From contig DCGM01000106.1 in NCBI GenBank assembly GCA_002315255.1, positions 9,064-63,846 of the forward strand: a stretch of DNA of 54,783 nt, written 5' to 3'. How positions within the stretch are numbered: position 1 is the first letter of the stretch; every line of letters begins with the position of its first letter. Both the position numbers and the translations under genes were made by a program. Below are positions 24,901 through 30,900 of the stretch, one piece after another. The notes beneath the pieces were generated by a model. That model did not search any database. It was not told the DNA's origin and saw only the letters and a program-made list of their open reading frames with translations. Source of the stretch: Lachnospiraceae bacterium UBA1778 (GTDB lineage: Bacteria; Bacillota; Clostridia; Lachnospirales; Lachnospiraceae).

Positions 24901-27900
24901 GTCGCGTACGTTAAGTTCAGACTAACGTCTTTCAGACCGGAATTCTTTTCCGTAACATCCATCTCAATCGTCAGGGTGTTAAAGAAGAGACCGCCGGTCA
25001 ATGCATTTAATAAATCCGTGATAAAGCTGTTGTTAAATTTCACGTTCGAGATGACCGGCTTGATCTGGTCAACACGAACCGTATAGTATACCAGGCTGCT
25101 TGACAGGCCTGCGTCTGAAACGAGCCACAGGCAGTAGGTATCTTCAAAGAAGGACGGCTGAGACGGGGTGGACGGAGAAACCGTGACGTCAAGCGTCCAG
25201 GTGCCGTCTGCCATCTCGAACTGGCCTTCGTCATTCGTTGCGCCAAAGAACTGCGGCGTTCTCGTCGGATCGCTCAGTTTGTAACCGTAGAGACGCGTAA
25301 CGCCGAGGTTTTCCACCGTATCGGTGTAGGTGACGCGGATATCGTCTGCGGACCACGGAGCGTTCTCCGTGACTTTACCGCGCGAATACGTCGTGCTGCC
25401 GTCATAAACCGAATTATCGACCGTATGATGCGCTTCAATCGAGAGCGACGGCGTACGGTTATCAACCTTCGGCACGTCAATCGTGGTATCGATGGCGCGC
25501 AGATAATCGCCGCTGTCTACATTGCTGTCATGGACCGAAACCGACCATGCTTTCACGGTATGAATCAGCGACCGCGCGCAGTAATTGTCGCGATACGTAT
25601 AGACATAGCAATGGTTCGTTTCGTCATATCTGCCGTTTAAGTTAACGGTCGTGACCTTCTCATCCGTGCCTTCCATATGGCTGATGGTGAGGCCGAGGAG
25701 CGGAGCAGTCGTATCATAAACAGAAACCTTGAATTCCTTATAAGTCGTGTAAATCGTATTGACATCATCATATAACGGTTCGATGACAATGCGCGGCGCA
25801 GTCGCGTCACGGCGGATCGTGATCGTCGTGTCGGTCACGCGGTCTGCCCAGTCGCGGACAGCGATATAGACCGTATGGACGCCGTTTCCGAGATGGTTGA
25901 CCGGGATCGCATAGTTGCCGTTTCCGTGAAGCGTCATCGAAACATTGTCGAGAACGTTATCACTGTCGATACGGTAAATGATCGATTTGATGCCGGCGCA
26001 GGTATCTGCCGCATAGAAGCTGATATCCGGAATGCCTGCATCGTAAACGCGCCATTCGCCGTATTCACTGGAATTCTTCAGCGTAAGCGTCGGGTCGGTC
26101 ACATCGAGGACATACCATGCGGACGTGACGGTGTCCGCCGTAATCGTCGGGTACTCATAGTAGCTTAAGAGCGACCAGTTGCCGGCCTTATCGAGTGCGC
26201 GTACGAAATAAGCGCCCTTATCGTCCCGGTTCGGACGCGTAAAGACGGTATCATTATAAATCTGCGTCCAGGACGCCTGACCGCGTGAAACGAGGTCCGC
26301 GATCTTCGCTTCCCACTCGGCGCGGGTCGCATACATTACATTCTCTTTAATGTATATATATTCGAGACGTTCAATGCCGGAGCTGACGCTGTTCGAAACG
26401 ACGTCCTGGCCGTGCATGGTGATGGTGAACGGGTTCTTATAGACCGCTTCGCCTTCAATCTTATCGCCGTACGGCTCAGCAGAGTAAGCGTTCGCATACG
26501 TGACGGTCGCGAGCGGCGCCGTCTTATCGATGTTCAGGTTCATTACCCAGGCTTCATTTCCGCCGATCGTCGTAAGGCCGGTCGAAGATTCCTTCAGGCG
26601 GATCTTAATGCTCTGCTTCCGCTCGCCGGTAATCACGAGAGACGACTGCCAGCCGGAGCCTCCGGTGATATCCTCGATCTCATCGTATCCGTTCGTCGGA
26701 ACGATTTCGATGTCGGAATTGAACCACATGTTCGTGCTGACGACATCATAAGTGCCGATGCGGTTTCCGTCGTCATCCAGACGATAGATGATGTAATCAT
26801 TGACAGTTACACGCTTCTTAATGACGTTAACGGTCGCCGGATAAATCCGGATATTATAGTGCGCGAGCGTCTCTTCGTAGCGGTGATCCGTCGGGTCGGA
26901 CGCATAAGCGTTCGTCAGCTCACCGACTGAAATCGTATAGCTGCCGGCCGGAACAGAGCCCGCCGGATAAGTGCCTTCCTGGAGTTCATACGGAAGGACA
27001 ACCGTCGGAGCGCTCAGGCCAAGTGAAGCCCATGCAAGCGTAATATCGTTCCAGATTGTCGCCTCTGCATTGCCGCTCGGCGCGTAAACCGTGCTGTTCG
27101 CGAAGCCGCGGAGACCGGAAATATAGACATTTGAAAGGTCTTCCGGAAGTGACGTGAAGCCGTACCACAGCTCCTGATCCTTCAGATAAATGGTGAGGTT
27201 CGCCTTTGAAACGGTGACCGGAATCACGACTGAGGTCGCAAAATAAGCGCGGTCCTCCGGCTTCGTGATGATAAGGTTCGCCGTACCGATACCGTTAATC
27301 TTAATGTAAAGTTCATTGTCCTTATCATAAGCCAGTTCGATAACATCCGTGCTGTTTCCTTCGATCTCGAGAATCAGCTTCGTGTTCGACCATGCAACCT
27401 CCGAATCGGCAATGCCGACCGCGGAAGCGAGTCTCTTACGCTTCGTCGCATTGTACGAAGAATAGAAGCTTGCTGAGGTGTCTGCGTTGACGAAGTTCCG
27501 GATATTGATCGTGGTGGACATCATCGAATACGTCAGGTTCGACGGAATCGTAACATTTAAGTCCGGATATTCCGCCTTCTCAATCGTAATCGTGCAGGTC
27601 TTATAATCGGTCTTTACCACCGTCTGCGAGACGGATTCGACTGCCTGGACACGGACCGTAAACTCGAAGGTTCCGCTATACTTCGGATAACCTGCGAGGA
27701 CGCCGTTTTCAGTGATCGTAAGGCCGAGATCGCTCGGAAGATATGCATATTTTCCGGCATCATTTTTCGTAACTAACGAATATTTATACGTATTTCCAGC
27801 GCCCCAGGCCGGTCCGATCTGGCGCGTGAAGTAGGTGTTGACGGTTCCGGTAAACTGCGTCTCTTCGCTTCCCCAGATTAAGGAGCTGGAAGCGTCCGTA

Positions 27901-30900
27901 CCCATGTAGAAGATATTTCCGTCGAGGACGGACGGGCAGATGGCCGCGCAATGATCCTGCTCATATTCTGATCCGACAATGTAGAAATTCTTTACATAGT
28001 CTTCCGGAAGGTTTAAAAGCTGAAGAGTTCCCGCTTCGACGATACCGACATAGCCGCCGATAAAGAGAATCCCGCCGTCAGAGAAGTCCGGCGTAAAGAA
28101 GCCGCTGATGCGGACATTGTCAATGACGCTGTCGCCGCCGATCGACATCGATGCGACGAGCGCGGAGTATTCGCGATCCTCACCGGTAGAAACGACATCA
28201 ATACCGTCTGCTTCCGTACGGATGATCATATTCTGCGCGGTAGCGCCCTTAATGACGCCTAAAAGGCTGAAGTTCGAGACGGTGCCGCTCGTTCCGTTCG
28301 TCTTATCGGAAAGCGTAATCGTATGGCCACGGCCGTCAAACGTGCCGCGGAACGGATACGAAACAGAACCCAGACCTAAATAAGCGTCCAGCGTTCCGGC
28401 CGCTTCGCTCTGCGCTGATGCGAGGTTATCGATATAATAGCTTTCAAAATCAAGGTCGGTGATGACGCGGTAGTATGCGTTCATCAGGTATTCGGTAAGC
28501 GCCGAAAGCGCGTTCTGATACTCTTTCTCGTGGCCTTCTACGAGCGTCGGAATCGTCTGCCCGTTGACATAAAGGAGGACCTTTCCGAGCGTCTGGCCGC
28601 CCGTGTGGCTCGCGCTCGCAATCGCGAAAAGCTGCGACGGGGAGTCAATGATGAACGGAGACGCCATCGTGCCGAGGCCGCGGTCTAAAACGTTCGTTGC
28701 CGGGTTTACATGAACGGTTTCATGGCTCATCGTGCCGGCAGTCGTGCCATGCGCTTCCGTTCCCATCACAGCGTCATCGATCTGATAACCGTAGCTGGAG
28801 CCGTCAGCTGCATCATAATAATAGTAAACATTGCCGCTAAGGAGCTGATAGACGAACGATGCGTAATAGTCAGGATCGTTCTCAGAGCCTGTGATTTTGC
28901 GGCCGAGATAAGCATTCGCGCTTCCTGCACTTCCTGCATCCGGGAATGCGACTTTTTCCATTTCAACTAACGTATTCTGTCCGCTGACGCGGCCGATCAA
29001 TGCGTCCGCGATCTGGACGTTTCCGTTGATTGCATTGGCAGGAAGGCTGATATGGATATTTTCCACAGAAAGAGAGCCTTCAGAAATCGAGCCGATGAGA
29101 AGGCCGTTTCCGCGTGCGTCCGAAGTCGTAAAAGCGGAAGTAAGCTCCGCGGTCTTTACGGTTACACCGTTTAATGTGATGTCGGAAACGATCACATTTC
29201 CGCGTTCGACAGCGTCGAGGCCGATATTTCCGGTTCCTTTTCCAATGAGTGCGCCGGAAATCAGTGCGCCAGCATAATAGGAGCCGGCTACTTTTCCTTC
29301 AATCGAGAAGTTCCGGATGGTGACCGTGTCAAAGATCGTCTTTGCTGCGATCGGTCCGAAAAGACCGGAATGATTGTCGCGCTTCTCATAAGCGCTTCCA
29401 AAGTTTGCTTCAGTTCCGTTAAAATAGATATTCGCTGCAGAACCGTCAGGCTTTTCGCCATAGTACGTTCCGCCGATTAACGGCATCGGGTAATAATTCA
29501 TGCCGACCAGCGAGATATCGTTCGCCACCTTGAAGACGGCCGTCTTGATATAATAGATCTTATCGATATCGGTTGCCGTGCTTCCGAGGAAGGACGTGTT
29601 AAAGCATGAAAGAAGATAACGCGCGACAGACGGCATCGCCGCATTAAATGCGGACAGCAGCTGAAGCTGATAAGCATTTGTGATAAGATACGGATTCGCT
29701 TCTGTTCCCTGTCCGCTGATGAACATCGGGCTGAAGGAGGAATAAATCCGCTCTGCTGTGCTGCCGAAGCTGTTCGACAGGAGCGAACCTGACAGGACCA
29801 GGATACCGCCTGCAGGGATTTCGGTGCCGGTATAGTCCCAGGTCGATTTCATTACCTGGCCCGCGATCGTTCCGTAACGGCCTTCGACCGCATCAATGCT
29901 CATGCTTCCGGAAAGCGTCGGCGCGACAGCGGTGATATAAGCTTCCGATGCGTCACCGAAAAGCGTTCCGCTGAAGTCATCCTGATCGGTGCAGGTGATC
30001 GAAGTCCGTGAAAGCGTAATGCCGCTGATGTCGAACCGGCCGCTGGCCTTTCCGGCGATCAGACCGAAGCCGCCTTCTGAAGAGAAGGCGCCGTTAAACT
30101 GGACCGAATCAAAGTCTGCTTCGACGCCGAGGATTTCGCCTGCAAAGCCGCCGGAGATACCGGTCTTCCGTCCGCCGCCTGAAACAGCACAGTTCGAAAC
30201 GTTCATTCTGACCGGGTTATAGGTAAGCGAGACGTTCGAGTTTGCGCGTAAGCCGGTGAAGGTGGAGTTCTTGTAAACACTGTTTGCGTCGTAATGGATG
30301 CTGCCGATCGCGCCGCCGATTCCGAAGGCATTATCATGAGTCGAGCTGACATATCCGGAAATGGTACAGTAGCTGACTGTAAGATCGAGACCAAAGGTAT
30401 CGCCGTAAACGCGGTTCTGCGCCGGAGTGATGATCTGGCCGATCAGACCGCCCGCATAAGAGCCAGAGGACGAAACGGAACGCGAGACTGTGACATTATC
30501 GAAGATAAGAGCGCTCTTCGCCGTCGTGGACGAATAGTCTGCAGAACCGACTAAACCGCCGACGTAAGCCTGGCCGGTAGCGGTGCTCGTGATAGCGACT
30601 GCGCTCGTAATATAAGCGAAAGTGATCGAGGTCGCGACTTCGCCGTCCGTCGGGATTCCGATAGAACCGGCAATACCGCCGGCATATCTGCCCGCGGTGA
30701 CGACCGTTCCCTGTAAGGTGAGATTTGCGAACCATGCATCTCCTGTGATTACGGAGAAAAGACCTACATTGTCCTTTCCGGTCCGCGTGCTCAGTGTGAT
30801 GCTATGCCCTTCCCCGTTAAACGTTCCGGAGAACGGCATATAATAATTGACGCTGTTAAACCAGCCGATCCGCGTAAAGCCGCAGTTCTGAAGGTCAATA

